Of a stretch of DNA of 64,000 bases, positions 39,819-49,293 are shown in pieces. The notes below the pieces were generated by a model. It ran no database searches, was not told the DNA's origin, and worked only from the letters and a program-made list of their open reading frames with translations. Source of the stretch: Desulfobacterales bacterium (GTDB taxonomy: Bacteria > Desulfobacterota > Desulfobacteria > Desulfobacterales > UBA2174); contig CAXXWC010000022.1 in assembly GCA_963668645.2 (NCBI GenBank), positions 1-64,000 of the forward strand, read 5' to 3'. Position numbers and translations under genes: made by a program. Every line of letters begins with the position of its first letter. Within the stretch, counting starts at the first letter, position 1.

Positions 39819-40736
39819 TTGGAGAACAGCGCATTGGAAGGCGACTGGCTGAGACGATCCCTGGACCGCACCCCCCTGCATGAGATGGACGGCGTCCTGG
39901 CCGCCGCCGAAAAGGCCGCCGGCCCGCTTCGCCCCGGCACCGCCAAGGGGATCGTCTGGCACGACCCGCTGCACCGGACCCGGACCGATCTCAGCCTGGT
40001 CTACCTCCACGGCTTTTCCGCTTCCCGGGGGGAAATCGCGCCGGTTTGCGACCGGATGGCGCGCCACCTCGGGGCCAACCTTTTCTACACCCGGCTTGGC
40101 GGCCACGGCCGGGACGGCCGCGCCCTGGCCCGGGCGGATACCGCCGGCTGGCTCGAAGACGCCCGCGAGGCCCTGGCCGTGGGACAACGCCTGGGACGGC
40201 GGGTGGCGATCTTCGGCACCTCCACCGGTGCCACCCTGGCCGTCTGGGCCGCGGCCCAAACGGACCTGGCCGCCAACATCACCGGCCTGGTGCTCATGTC
40301 CCCCAACTTCGGACCGCGCCATCCCCTGGCCGGGGTCCTGCAATATCCGTGGCTGCATCCGGCCGCGGCCCGGCTCCTCGGGGGCTGGCGCCGTTTCCCG
40401 CCGGTCAGCGCCGGCCATGCGGCCGTCTGGACCCTCGATTATCCCCGGACCGCCGTCCTGCCGATGCTCAACCTGGTGCACGCCGTGACGCGCATCGACC
40501 CGCGCCGCATCCGCATGCCGGTGCTGCTTTTTTACCACCCGGCAGACCAGGTGGTGCGCGTCGACAAGATGCGCCGCTTCTACCGGGCTCTGGGCAGCCG
40601 CCTGAAACACCGTTATCGCATCGATCGCTCCCGCCATCCGGGAAGCCACATCCTGGCCGGCGACGTTTTCGCCCCGTCCATGACCCGGCCGCTCGCCGAT
40701 CTGGCCACGGACTTCATCCGGGAGATTGGCGGTTAG
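39819..40736 (+). CDS. alpha/beta hydrolase (start uncertain)
   Basis: YLHGFSAS, RLGGHG, GTSTGA nucleophile elbow, DQVV and HILAGD. Confidence 0.8.
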   Translation: MENSALEGDWLRRSLDRTPLHEMDGVLAAAEKAAGPLRPGTAKGIVWHDPLHRTRTDLSLVYLHGFSASRGEIAPVCDRMARHLGANLFYTRLGGHGRDGRALARADTAGWLEDAREALAVGQRLGRRVAIFGTSTGATLAVWAAAQTDLAANITGLVLMSPNFGPRHPLAGVLQYPWLHPAAARLLGGWRRFPPVSAGHAAVWTLDYPRTAVLPMLNLVHAVTRIDPRRIRMPVLLFYHPADQVVRVDKMRRFYRALGSRLKHRYRIDRSRHPGSHILAGDVFAPSMTRPLADLATDFIREIGG

Positions 40737-40812
40737 CCCGCCCGGCAGCTTCCGTTTTTTAGCTTTCACGGAAGTTTCCTGGCGCTTTTTGGTTCAACCC
40801 GCCGCTCCCCGA

Positions 40813-40821
40813 TGGTATAAT
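40813..40821 (+). promoter_or_regulatory. extended -10 promoter element upstream of CBS-DUF47-PiT operon
   Basis: TGgTATAAT, rare in this GC-rich background. Confidence 0.45.
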
Positions 40822-40902
40822 CCTTGCTGCATCTATTCCGTGCATTCGATGACGCCGGCCGCCCTGACGGCCATCAACCCCGCTTGCAACGGAGGCCCGC
40901 CC

Positions 40903-41310
40903 ATGAAACTGACCGAATTCATGACCACCAAAATCGAATATATCGTCCCCGATGCCACGGTTTACGACGTCGTCGAGAAGATGGTCGACCGGCGCATCCG
41001 CTCGCTGGTGGTCCGCTCTCCAGACGAACACGACGGCCACGGGGTGATCACGGCCAGGGACGTGGTGTTCAAAGTCCTGGCCAAGGGGATCGACCCGAGC
41101 AAGATCAAGGCCGAGGAGCTGGCCTCCAAGCCCCTGGTCTGTATCGACGAGGAGGCCCGCCTCACCGACGCCATCGACATGATGGAAGCCCAGAACATCG
41201 CCCGGATCTTCGTCTGCCGCAGCGGCCGGATCGTCGGAGTGGTGGCCCTGCTCGACATCATGTGGGCCGTGCTGATCAAGCGGGCAAGGGGGGAGCATGT
41301 TCCTAAATAA
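40903..41310 (+). CDS. CBS domain pair protein
   Basis: GGAGG RBS; MKLTEFMT, GVITARDVV and GVVALLDI. Confidence 0.88.
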   Translation: MKLTEFMTTKIEYIVPDATVYDVVEKMVDRRIRSLVVRSPDEHDGHGVITARDVVFKVLAKGIDPSKIKAEELASKPLVCIDEEARLTDAIDMMEAQNIARIFVCRSGRIVGVVALLDIMWAVLIKRARGEHVPK

Positions 41311-41926
41311 AATGTTTTCCCACGGCCGCAAGGAGCAGCGGGTGATCGGCCGCATCTGCGATCACATCGGGCTGCTCTGCGAGGCCTGCGCCACCTTCCA
41401 CCAGGCCATAGAGGTCCGGGACCGGAGCCTTGCGCGCAAGGTGCCCCACATGGAGCGCGAGGCCGACGTGATCCGCCGCGAGATCATCGCCATGATCTAC
41501 GAAGGGGCTTTTTTGCCCTATCTGCGCCCGGACCTGTGCAAATTCGTCACCATGGTGGACGAGGTCTTCGACATCCTCCAGGAGACGGCCAACAATTACA
41601 GCGGGATCCACCTGCCGGAAGCCCTCGAAGACGAGTGTGTCCGGGTGGCCTTCTTGAACCGCCGCATGTGCGAGCTGCTCAAGATCACCTACGAGGCCAT
41701 GGTCGAAGGCCAGGACCTGCGCGAGAAGACCCTGGGGCTGCGGATCTACGAAAAGAAGATCGACGACCTGAAATTCGGCCTGGTCCGCGACCTGATGGCC
41801 ACCGAGGTGGCCGATTTCTGGAAGGGGTGGCTGCTGGCCAATTTCCTCACCGGGCTGACGAGCATCAGCGACAAGATCGAGGACGCCAGCGATCATCTGG
41901 AGGTCATTAACGTAAGCATGCGCTAG
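41297..41926 (+). CDS. DUF47/PhoU-like phosphate transport regulator
   Basis: EREADVIRREI, GAFLP, EKKIDD and ISDKIEDASD; directly upstream of PiT. Confidence 0.88.
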   Translation: MFLNKMFSHGRKEQRVIGRICDHIGLLCEACATFHQAIEVRDRSLARKVPHMEREADVIRREIIAMIYEGAFLPYLRPDLCKFVTMVDEVFDILQETANNYSGIHLPEALEDECVRVAFLNRRMCELLKITYEAMVEGQDLREKTLGLRIYEKKIDDLKFGLVRDLMATEVADFWKGWLLANFLTGLTSISDKIEDASDHLEVINVSMR

Positions 41927-41946
41927 CCGGCCGGTGTTGAAAATTC

Positions 41947-42999
41947 ATGTGGAAGATTAGCAGCGGGATATTTCTCGGCTGGGCCCTGGGGGCCAACGAT
42001 TCGGCCAACATCTTCGGCACCGGGGTGGCCACCGGCACGGTGCGCTACCGGACCGCCATCTGGCTGACGGCCGTCTTCCTGCTGGCCGGGGCCGTCATCG
42101 AGGGGCCCAAGTGCATGCAGACCCTGGGCGAGCTGTCCCGGCTGGTGCCCCTGGAAGCCTTTTGCGTGGCCCTGGGCGCGGCCTGCACCATGGCGCTGCT
42201 CACCGTCCTGGCGCTGCCCGCCTCGGCCAGCCAGGCCATCGTGGGCGCCATCCTGGGGGTCGGAATCCTGTCCGGGACCGCCGATTTTTCCCGCCTTTAC
42301 CGCATCGTGGCCTGCTGGGTCTTCACCCCCGTCTGCGGCTTGATTCTCGGCTACCTGCTGCACCGGACCTTCGCTTGGATCCTGGATCGCACGGTGCACC
42401 GCATCACCCAGCGCAACTTCATCTATATGGCGGGCATCCTGGTTTCCGGGTGCTACGGGGCCTATTCCCTGGGCAGCAACAACGTGGCCAACGTGACCGG
42501 GATCTACGTGGGGGCCGGCCTCCTTTCGACCCAAACCGCGGCTCTGGTGGGCGGCCTGAGCATCGCCCTGGGGGTGCTGACCTTCAGCCGGGGCGTGATG
42601 ATGACCGTGGGCAAGGGGATCGTGCCCCTCGACCCCTTTTCGGCCCTGGTGGTGGTGCTGGCCCAGGCCATGACCCTGCACCTTTTTACCCAGGTGGGCG
42701 TGCCGGTCTCTTCGTCCCAGGCGGTGGTGGGCGCCGTGGTGGGAGTGGGCCTGGTGGCTGACGCGCGCACCATCAGCGCTCGCATGCTGCTCAAGATTGC
42801 CATGGGATGGCTCACCACCCCCCTCGGTGCCGGCCTGGTCGCCGTGGCCGTCTTCTGGGTGGCCAGGACGGCGGCCCCGTTCTGGGTGGAATGGATCGGT
42901 ACGGCGCTGAAAAATAGCGGCATCACCGATGCAATCGCGACGGCGCTGGAATTTTATGCCGCGATCGTCCAGGCCTTGGCAGGGTGTCTTGGCGGGTGA
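41947..42999 (+). CDS. PiT family inorganic phosphate transporter (native copy)
   Basis: GANDSAN and GSNNVAN signatures; PVSSSQAVVGAVVGVG. Confidence 0.92.
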   Translation: MWKISSGIFLGWALGANDSANIFGTGVATGTVRYRTAIWLTAVFLLAGAVIEGPKCMQTLGELSRLVPLEAFCVALGAACTMALLTVLALPASASQAIVGAILGVGILSGTADFSRLYRIVACWVFTPVCGLILGYLLHRTFAWILDRTVHRITQRNFIYMAGILVSGCYGAYSLGSNNVANVTGIYVGAGLLSTQTAALVGGLSIALGVLTFSRGVMMTVGKGIVPLDPFSALVVVLAQAMTLHLFTQVGVPVSSSQAVVGAVVGVGLVADARTISARMLLKIAMGWLTTPLGAGLVAVAVFWVARTAAPFWVEWIGTALKNSGITDAIATALEFYAAIVQALAGCLGG

Positions 43000-43083
43000 C
43001 CCCCGGCCGGGTCCTCATTTTCTGCCAACATTTTCATGCAACCGTTTCGAGCCGGATTGAACTCGGAAAACAAGGAGCCGGTC

Positions 43084-43686
43084 ATGATCCGCCTCAGCCG
43101 CATCTGGAAACTCTACATCGCCTACACCACGGCCCTGATCATCTGCATGACCCTGGCCGGATTCTTCCTCGATTTTCAGATCAGGCGTCAGCTCGAAGAC
43201 CACCTCCAGGAAGACGCCCTGGCAACGGCCCGCCTGGCCGTGAAGCATCTTCCGGTCCAGGCCCGCGGGGAAATGCTGGCGCCGTTTTGCCTCAGCTACC
43301 GTGAGACGGCCGGATGGCGGCTGACCATCGTCGATGCCGCAGGCGCCGTGATCGCCGATTCCCATGAAAAAGCGACCCAGATGGACAACCACCGCGGCCG
43401 CAAAGAGATCCGCACGGCGCTGGCAAAGGGCTACGGCACGGCCATCCGCATGAGCCCGACTTTGGGCTGCGAGATGCTCTATGCCGCGGTCTACGCCCCA
43501 AAGCGGGGCCTGGTGGTGCGGGTGGCCATGCCCATGAGCCGGGTCAAGGGGGTGCAAAACGAGGTGATGCGCCTAGCGTCGGTGTTTCTCTACTTAGCCC
43601 CCCTGCTCTGTGCCGTCATCTCCTTTTTCACCGCCCGGGCCCTGGTGGCCAACGGTTCTTCCAGAAGGGGTGCGGGACCGTCTTAA
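43084..43686 (+). CDS. PhoR-like N-terminal sensor module only (TM-periplasmic-TM, no kinase)
   Basis: RLTIVDAAGAVIADS...MDNHRGRKEIRTAL..G.G..IRMSPTLGCEMLYAA..VVRVAMP; stops just after TM2. Confidence 0.72.
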   Translation: MIRLSRIWKLYIAYTTALIICMTLAGFFLDFQIRRQLEDHLQEDALATARLAVKHLPVQARGEMLAPFCLSYRETAGWRLTIVDAAGAVIADSHEKATQMDNHRGRKEIRTALAKGYGTAIRMSPTLGCEMLYAAVYAPKRGLVVRVAMPMSRVKGVQNEVMRLASVFLYLAPLLCAVISFFTARALVANGSSRRGAGPS

Positions 43687-43810
43687 TAGGTTTACCCTCC
43701 CATTTTCCCCCTTTTCGCTTTCGCTTGCCGAACCGGCGGGCGGTCCTATTGTTTTACCCAGCAGGACGAACGACGAACCTGAAATCGACAAACCAACCTG
43801 GAGGTGCACC

Positions 43811-43948
43811 ATGGCCGATACCCATGACTATATTGAGAACGAACGCGAACGCGAAGAAGGTCACGTGGATACCCGCAAGCGCAACTTCGAGTGCGAACGG
43901 CCCGATCCGAATCTGGGCTGCGACCCGGGCATCGATGTGGCCGGCTGA
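43811..43948 (+). CDS. 45-aa acidic small protein
   Basis: GGAGGT RBS, ATG at 43811, own strong terminator downstream. Confidence 0.7.
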   Translation: MADTHDYIENEREREEGHVDTRKRNFECERPDPNLGCDPGIDVAG

Positions 43949-43994
43949 TTCAAGGCAGCGCTTCGATCACAACGGGCAACCGTATCGTTAAAAC

Positions 43995-44026
43995 AAGGCA
44001 GCGCCCTTCGGGGCGCTGCCTTTTTT
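43995..44026 (+). terminator. rho-independent terminator
   Basis: aaggcagcgccc-ttcg-gggcgctgcc-tttttt. Confidence 0.9.
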
Positions 44027-44050
44027 GTATAAAACCTGCTGCCGGAATAT

Positions 44051-44106
44051 GGATACTTTTGACCCACCTGTTCCAGGAGATTTTAAGGCCGGATACTTTT
44101 TACCCA
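44051..44106. promoter_or_regulatory. tandem enhancer-binding sites upstream of zraP-like sigma54 promoter
   Basis: GGATACTTTTGACCCA (44051) and GGATACTTTTTACCCA (44091), 40 bp apart. Confidence 0.6.
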
Positions 44107-44195
44107 CCCAGGTGCCATTCCGATTTTCCTCGGCTCACGTCCGGTTTGCGTAAAATAGCCTGTTATATCGTTATGTTAAAAAATTTTTCGCCTGT

Positions 44196-44211
44196 TGGCA
44201 CGGCACCTGCT
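44196..44211 (+). promoter_or_regulatory. sigma54 (-24/-12) promoter
   Basis: TGGCACGGCACCTGCT = GG-N10-GC; AT-rich tract just upstream. Confidence 0.82.
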
Positions 44212-44282
44212 ATAGGGTCTGGTCACAAACAGCAACGAGGTCTGATGCAAGCACATCAAAACAAACCCGAAAGGAGATCACC

Positions 44283-44780
44283 ATGAAGAAGAATCGCATC
44301 CACCGCGCAGTCCTGGTCACCACCCTCGTCACCCTGGTCGGCTTTTCCGGCATCGCCCTGGCCGGTCCCTACGGCGGCGGCCGGCACATGGGGTACGGCA
44401 ATCCGGACTGCCCGCGCTTCGAAGAAGGTCGGGGGCCGGGATGGGGCGCCGACCTGAGCCCCGAGCAGGCCGCTCAACTGGAAAAGCTGCGCGATGAATT
44501 TCGGGCGGCCACGGCCGACCTGCGCGGCGAACTGCGCCAGAAGGAACTGACCCTGCGCGCCGAACTGGCCAAGAAAACCCCTGACGTAGCCGCCGCCATG
44601 GCCATGCAAAAAGAGATTTCGGCCCTGCGCGCCGACCTGGATGCCAAACGCCTGGCCCACCGGCTGGAAGTGCACAAGATCGCTCCCGAGGCGGGCTTCG
44701 GCCCCGGGTTCGGCCGTGGCTACCGCCAGGGCCCCCGCCAGGGTGGCTGGGGCGGCGGTCGCGGTCCTTGCTGGAACTGA
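44283..44780 (+). CDS. zraP: Spy/CpxP/ZraP family periplasmic protein
   Basis: Signal peptide, Gly-rich ends and LSPEQ..LEKLRDEF helical core; sigma54 promoter. Confidence 0.8.
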   Translation: MKKNRIHRAVLVTTLVTLVGFSGIALAGPYGGGRHMGYGNPDCPRFEEGRGPGWGADLSPEQAAQLEKLRDEFRAATADLRGELRQKELTLRAELAKKTPDVAAAMAMQKEISALRADLDAKRLAHRLEVHKIAPEAGFGPGFGRGYRQGPRQGGWGGGRGPCWN

Positions 44781-44803
44781 AGACATTCCGCACCAAAACC
44801 GTC

Positions 44804-44831
44804 AAAGGGGGGACCACCGGTCCCCCCTTTT
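44804..44831 (+). terminator. rho-independent terminator
   Basis: aaaggggggacc-acc-ggtcccccctttt. Confidence 0.85.
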
Positions 44832-44904
44832 GCGTTGCCCGCCATGCAAAACCCTTCGTTGCAGCAGCCCTTTTCTTGCGCGTTCGTCAAGGCTCGGGGG
44901 GCAC

Positions 44905-44981
44905 GGGGCGGATATGGGGGGGTGGATATGGGGCGGATATGGGGCGGACATGGAGGGGCGGACACGCAGGTCCGCCCGTAC
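44905..44981. repeat. GGGCGGATATG tandem repeats ending in a REP palindrome
   Basis: ggggcggatatgg-type units followed by gggcggacacgcaggtccgcccgtac; related REP gtacgggcgaacctgcgtgttcgccc at 45208 inside the RAYT gene. Confidence 0.7.
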
Positions 44982-44983
44982 AA

Positions 44984-45511
44984 TCAGCCCGTGCGGGAGG
45001 CATTCAAGGCGTCCGATTCCCATCGGGCCGGATTGGTGCGGATATATTCCCGGATACGGTCCAATTCCGGTTCGTTGCGCACGATGCGGTCCCAATAATT
45101 GCGTTGCCATAATTTTCCCGGAAACGGCGGCCAACCATGGCCTTTCACCCCACGGATGTACGCGTTGGTCGTCATGGTTTTAAACCATTGCACCACCGCC
45201 GGTACCTGTACGGGCGAACCTGCGTGTTCGCCCTTTTCGGTACCGGGGTGGACCACGATGAAATGAACGTGGTTGGGCATGCAAACGAATTCGTCGCATT
45301 CGATATCGGGAAATTTGTTGTTCAATTCGAAAAACCACCGCACGACCATTTCCCCCGCATCGTTCAACCCCATTTTCCCGCCGGCAATATCCCCGAACAG
45401 GCATCGCCGGTTTTGGGTGCAGACGGTGATAAAATACGCACCGGCCCAGGCATAATCGTATCCCCGCAACCGGATGGACCGGCGGTGATGGATGGCCGGA
45501 TCGTATTTCAT
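44984..45511 (-). mobile_element. REP-associated tyrosine transposase (RAYT, Y1/HUH)
   Basis: HHRRSIRLRGYDY, YFITVCT, MPNHVHFIV (HUH), LWQRNYWDRIVR and YIRTNPARW; REP hairpin ggggcgaaaaatttttcacccc upstream. Confidence 0.92.
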
Positions 45512-45560
45512 GATGCCGTCTTTGGTTGGGGTTGGGGGCGAAAAATTTTTCACCCCCACC

Positions 45561-45729
45561 GTCTCAATCCCATCTGATCTGACAACACCTTTCGAACGAT
45601 AAAAAATATCGCGCAGAGTCGCTGAGGCGCTGAGTCTTCATACATCTGATCTGGTCACGTCTTTCGTACCCGGGAGCGCCAAGCCCCAGCTTGGCCACAA
45701 TCCACCTGATCTGGTCACACCTTTCGAAC
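45561..45729 (-). CRISPR. degenerate orphan CRISPR-like array (3 repeats)
   Basis: Repeats at 45561-45597, 45634-45669 and 45694-45729; minus-strand consensus GTTCGAAAGGTGTGACCAGATCAGATGGATTGAGAC; spacers 36 and 24 nt; no cas genes in window. Confidence 0.6.
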
Positions 45730-46773
45730 GAAAGCCCCGGCCGCTTCTTCAAGCTGTTTCACGAAGTCTGCCGCCCCCGAAGCTTCCTTATTTTCCCGTC
45801 GACGCACTTCAAATTCTTCATATTCCGCTCTGGCGTGGTCTTCCGCCTCCTGCTTGCTCACCTTTCCAGCATGAGGCAGCACACGGCGATCGTTGAAACG
45901 TAGAAAGTCATCGAGCCGCTGTTCCCAATCTCTCATGAACACCTGCTTGCGGCGCCTGGCCTGGTCCTCTGCAAAATCAAGCCACATGGTGACGATCCGG
46001 TTCAGTTCCTCTATTTCATCTTCCTTCAGGTACTTTTTGGCAATGGTGACATCGGTTTTATGCACTTCTTCCCCCCTCCAGGAGGTCAGTCCCATATTCG
46101 GCGACGAATGATCGGCACGGGACTGGATCACCTCGGCAGTGGTCATGCCGGTGGTGGCAAAGTGCAACTTGTTCTGGATCACACTGAAAAACTTGGTGGT
46201 TTCGCTCCAGGTCGGTTCATAATCCGCCGCCATGGCGAAAATTTCGCGTACCCGGAGGTACATGCGCCGCTCGCTGGCACGAATGTCGCGGATCCGGGCC
46301 AGCATTTCGTCAAAATAGTCGGGAACGACAGAGCCTTTGACGGGCGGATTCTTCAGCCGCTCGTCGTCCATGGTAAAACCCTTGACGATATATTCCTTCA
46401 ACCGTTGGGTAGCCCAGATGCGAAAACGGGTGGCAATCAGGCTTTTGACCCGGTAGCCCACCGAGATGATCATGTCGAGGTTGTAGAATTCCAACTTCCT
46501 GCGCACATCCCGGTTGCCTTCCCGGCGAACTGTTAAGAAATTCTTAACAGTTGCCTCCGGAGTCAATTCACTCTCCTTGAAAATATTACGGATGTGCATG
46601 CTGATGTTGGGAACCGTGGTCTGAAACAGTTCTGCGATTAACTGCTGCGTCAACCAAACCGTTTCATCCTGCAGCCGCACATCCAGCCTCACGCTACCGT
46701 CGCCGGATTGATAAACGATGATTTCACCCTTATTGGGTTCGATGTCGGAAATGGGCTTATTCATACAAGCCAT
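45715..46773 (-). CDS. rhuM: virulence RhuM family protein
   Basis: ETVWLTQQLIAELF, YNLDMIISVGYRVKS, FRIWAT, GFTMDDERLK, IQNKLHFA and PNMGLTSW. Confidence 0.92.
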   Translation of the reverse strand: MACMNKPISDIEPNKGEIIVYQSGDGSVRLDVRLQDETVWLTQQLIAELFQTTVPNISMHIRNIFKESELTPEATVKNFLTVRREGNRDVRRKLEFYNLDMIISVGYRVKSLIATRFRIWATQRLKEYIVKGFTMDDERLKNPPVKGSVVPDYFDEMLARIRDIRASERRMYLRVREIFAMAADYEPTWSETTKFFSVIQNKLHFATTGMTTAEVIQSRADHSSPNMGLTSWRGEEVHKTDVTIAKKYLKEDEIEELNRIVTMWLDFAEDQARRRKQVFMRDWEQRLDDFLRFNDRRVLPHAGKVSKQEAEDHARAEYEEFEVRRRENKEASGAADFVKQLEEAAGAFVRKV

Positions 46774-46989
46774 CCTCTATCTCACATTTCGCTTGTTTCC
46801 GGCGCCATTCCAAACATTAGGAAAACGTCGTAAATCGACAGTTTTCTTCGATAATGTCTGATCCGATGTCCTTTTGGCCGGCTCATCGCCCGCCAATGCA
46901 CAAAAACACCGCGTAACACATTGAAATCAAACTAGATTTTTCTACTAGAAAAAGAGAAGTACTTCCAATAACTTACGGAGGAACTTCTC

Positions 46990-48699
46990 ATGGCCTTAAC
47001 CGATCCGGTTTCCAGTATCGTCGATGATGTCGTTACCCAGAACATCGGCTTCGCACCAATACTCCGATATTACTTCGAAAAAGCCGCCATCGCCCGCATC
47101 ATCGACGACTCGGTAACCATCGACCCCCGGCGAAAAGTCCTGACCCACGGCCAGGCCGCCGTGGCCATGATCACCGCCATCCTGTTCCAGGTCATGCAGC
47201 TTTACCGCATCTGCCCCTTTGCCAGGCAAAGCACCGTGCTCGATACCGTCCTTACCGGCATCCCGGCAGAGGCCTACTTCGACGACCGGCTGGCCGATAG
47301 CCTCGATGCCCTCCATCGTCACGGGCTCGGAAACCTGGAGCTGGAAATCACCCGCCATATGATCGAGGCTTGGCAGATTAGCACCGACGTGTGCCATAAC
47401 GATACCACCTCGGCCTCCTATTATGGCAATGGAAACACCGCCGCGTCGAGCGAAGGGATCCAAATCACCTTCGGTCACAGCAAAAAGCACCGCGATGATC
47501 TCAAGCAACTGATCTGGTCGATGTCGGTCAGTGACGACAGTGCCTTTCCCCTATTTTCGCAGGCCTACAGCGGCAACACCGCCGATGTAACCACCTATGT
47601 CGAACAATGGCAGCGTCTGATCGATCTGCTGGACCGGTCAGACTTTCTCTACGTGGCCGACTGCAAGCTGATCAGCGCGGCCAACATCGCCGCGATCCTT
47701 GATAACGGCGGCCATTTTCTGGCCCCGGCGCCCATGTATGAATGTTTTGCCAAACACTTCGAGGCCGCCGTTGCCGACCATGATCGGGAAATTCTGCTTC
47801 CTCACAAGCGCCGCTTCAATCGCGGTTTTGAAGTGCCGCTGGTCGTGCGGCATCTCAAAAAGGACTACCGGCTACGGATGATCATCATCTTCGATCAGGC
47901 CGTGGCCCAGACCAAACGCCAGAACCTGAAACGGCGTGTGGAGCAGACCCGCGAGGCCCTGGAAGCGCTGCGGGGCACACTCAACGGCCGCAAGCCGAAA
48001 ACCGAAGAACAAATCCAAAAGGCCTGCGATGCGATCTTGGCAACATACGGTACCGCAGACTTTTTCAGCTACCGCATCGACTACCAGGCCCTGGTGACCT
48101 ACAAATACAAAGGCCGAGGACGCCCCTCGGCCGGCAAGCCTGCCGAGAAAGTGGCCGTGCACAGCGATCTATTCGACATCCAGGTCCACTTTGACGAGGC
48201 CACCTTTAGCGCAGCGCTGGACCGCTGTGGCTATTATCCGCTGCTGACCGACGTGGAGGCCGAGAACTTGAGCCTCCAGCAGGCCATGGCTCACCACAAG
48301 GGCCAGTATCGAAACGAGCATACCTTCCGGCGCGCCAAAGGGCCCTACGATCTGGAACCGATCTATCTGCAGCGCCCAGAGCGCATCGAGGCGTATCTGT
48401 TCTTGTTCAAAATCGCCTTGCAAATCGTTGTGTTGGTCGAGAGAACCGCTCGGATCAACATCCAACAGCGCGACCGTGGGCTGGATGACTTCATGCCCAA
48501 CCGCAAAGATGTGCGCAACCCCAAAGCCGAACACCTGCTGGCCGCCTTCGAGCATGTCGTCAAAGGCGCGATGCCTGGCCCGAGCGGCACCACTTGCGGC
48601 TTTGTCTCGAAACTGACCGCCTTGCAAAACGAAATCATCGCGGTCTTGGAGGTGCCCCGGGAATGCTTCTCCTATAAATACTTGGCTGACTCAAGCTAA
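46990..48699 (+). mobile_element. IS1634 family DDE transposase (intact ORF)
   Basis: DDRLADSLD, HNDTTSASYYG, ITFGHSKKHRDDLKQ, YVADCKL and PIYLQRPERIEA; candidate CAAAC duplication at 46811-46815 and 48968-48972. Confidence 0.88.
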
Positions 48700-48972
48700 A
48701 CGGGCGCAACCCGTCTCTATCACTAAATCGTCTATATGCCGGGAGCAAGTTGAGACCAGGAAAAATCAAGAATACACTTTTTCAAAGAGCGAAATGCAAG
48801 CTCTATTGCACAGGTATCGACTCCCCGGAAATATTCGGGCCGTTTTGTCAAACATATAACAGCTTGACAATAAGACGAATATATAAAAACATACCGTGTC
48901 TATCAACCAATGAAAAATCAAAAAATCAATCAAAATTCAACCGCATTTTTTCAATATGATTTCCACTCAAAC

Positions 48973-49044
48973 GATGAAAAATATCGCGCAGAGCCGCTGA
49001 GGCGCTGAGTCCAAATCCATCTGATCTGGTCACGTCTTTCGCAC
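48973..49044 (-). CRISPR. fourth CRISPR-like repeat with a near-copy of spacer 1
   Basis: Spacer 48973-49008 differs from 45598-45633 at 2 positions; repeat 49009-49044 gtccaaatccatctgatctggtcacgtctttcgcac. Confidence 0.6.
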
Positions 49045-49051
49045 CCGGGAG

Positions 49052-49293
49052 ACACCCCGACGGCGCCCGTGCTGCCGCCGTGTATTACAGCCTGATCGAG
49101 ACCGCCAAGGCTAACGGCTGGGAGCCCCACGCTTACCTTACCTACCTGTTCGAAAATTTGCCGCTCGCCAATACCGAAAAAGATTACCGCAAGCTGCTCC
49201 CCTACAACCGTCCGCAGTAGGCAGCAGACAATCAGGGCGCTCAGCCGGACGCCGCCGCCCAGAGGACCAGGGTGCGGTTGGCCGAACGCTTAC
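49052..49293 (+). mobile_element. IS66 3' remnant (tnpC C-terminus + right inverted repeat)
   Basis: HPDGARAAAVYYSLIETAKANGWEPHAYLTYLF...LLPYN; IR gtgcggttggccgaacgcttac (49272-49293). Confidence 0.88.

Noticed and set aside
28..44800. Many long alternative or antisense ORFs (e.g. 3292..5427, 16586..18406, 23314..25707, 33371..37813)
   Set aside because: They are shadows of real genes, expected in high-GC DNA, with no recognisable motifs.
45564..45752. 62-aa ORF with a repeated ERxxQIR motif
   Set aside because: It is only the translation of the three CRISPR-like DNA repeats.
48750..48959. 69-aa ORF downstream of the IS1634 transposase
   Set aside because: AT-rich IS tail with a TTG start and no motifs.
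45561..49044. Functional CRISPR-Cas immunity locus or integron attC array
   Set aside because: There are no cas or intI genes in the window; repeats are degenerate, spacers are irregular or duplicated, and the repeats lack the long inverted attC structure.
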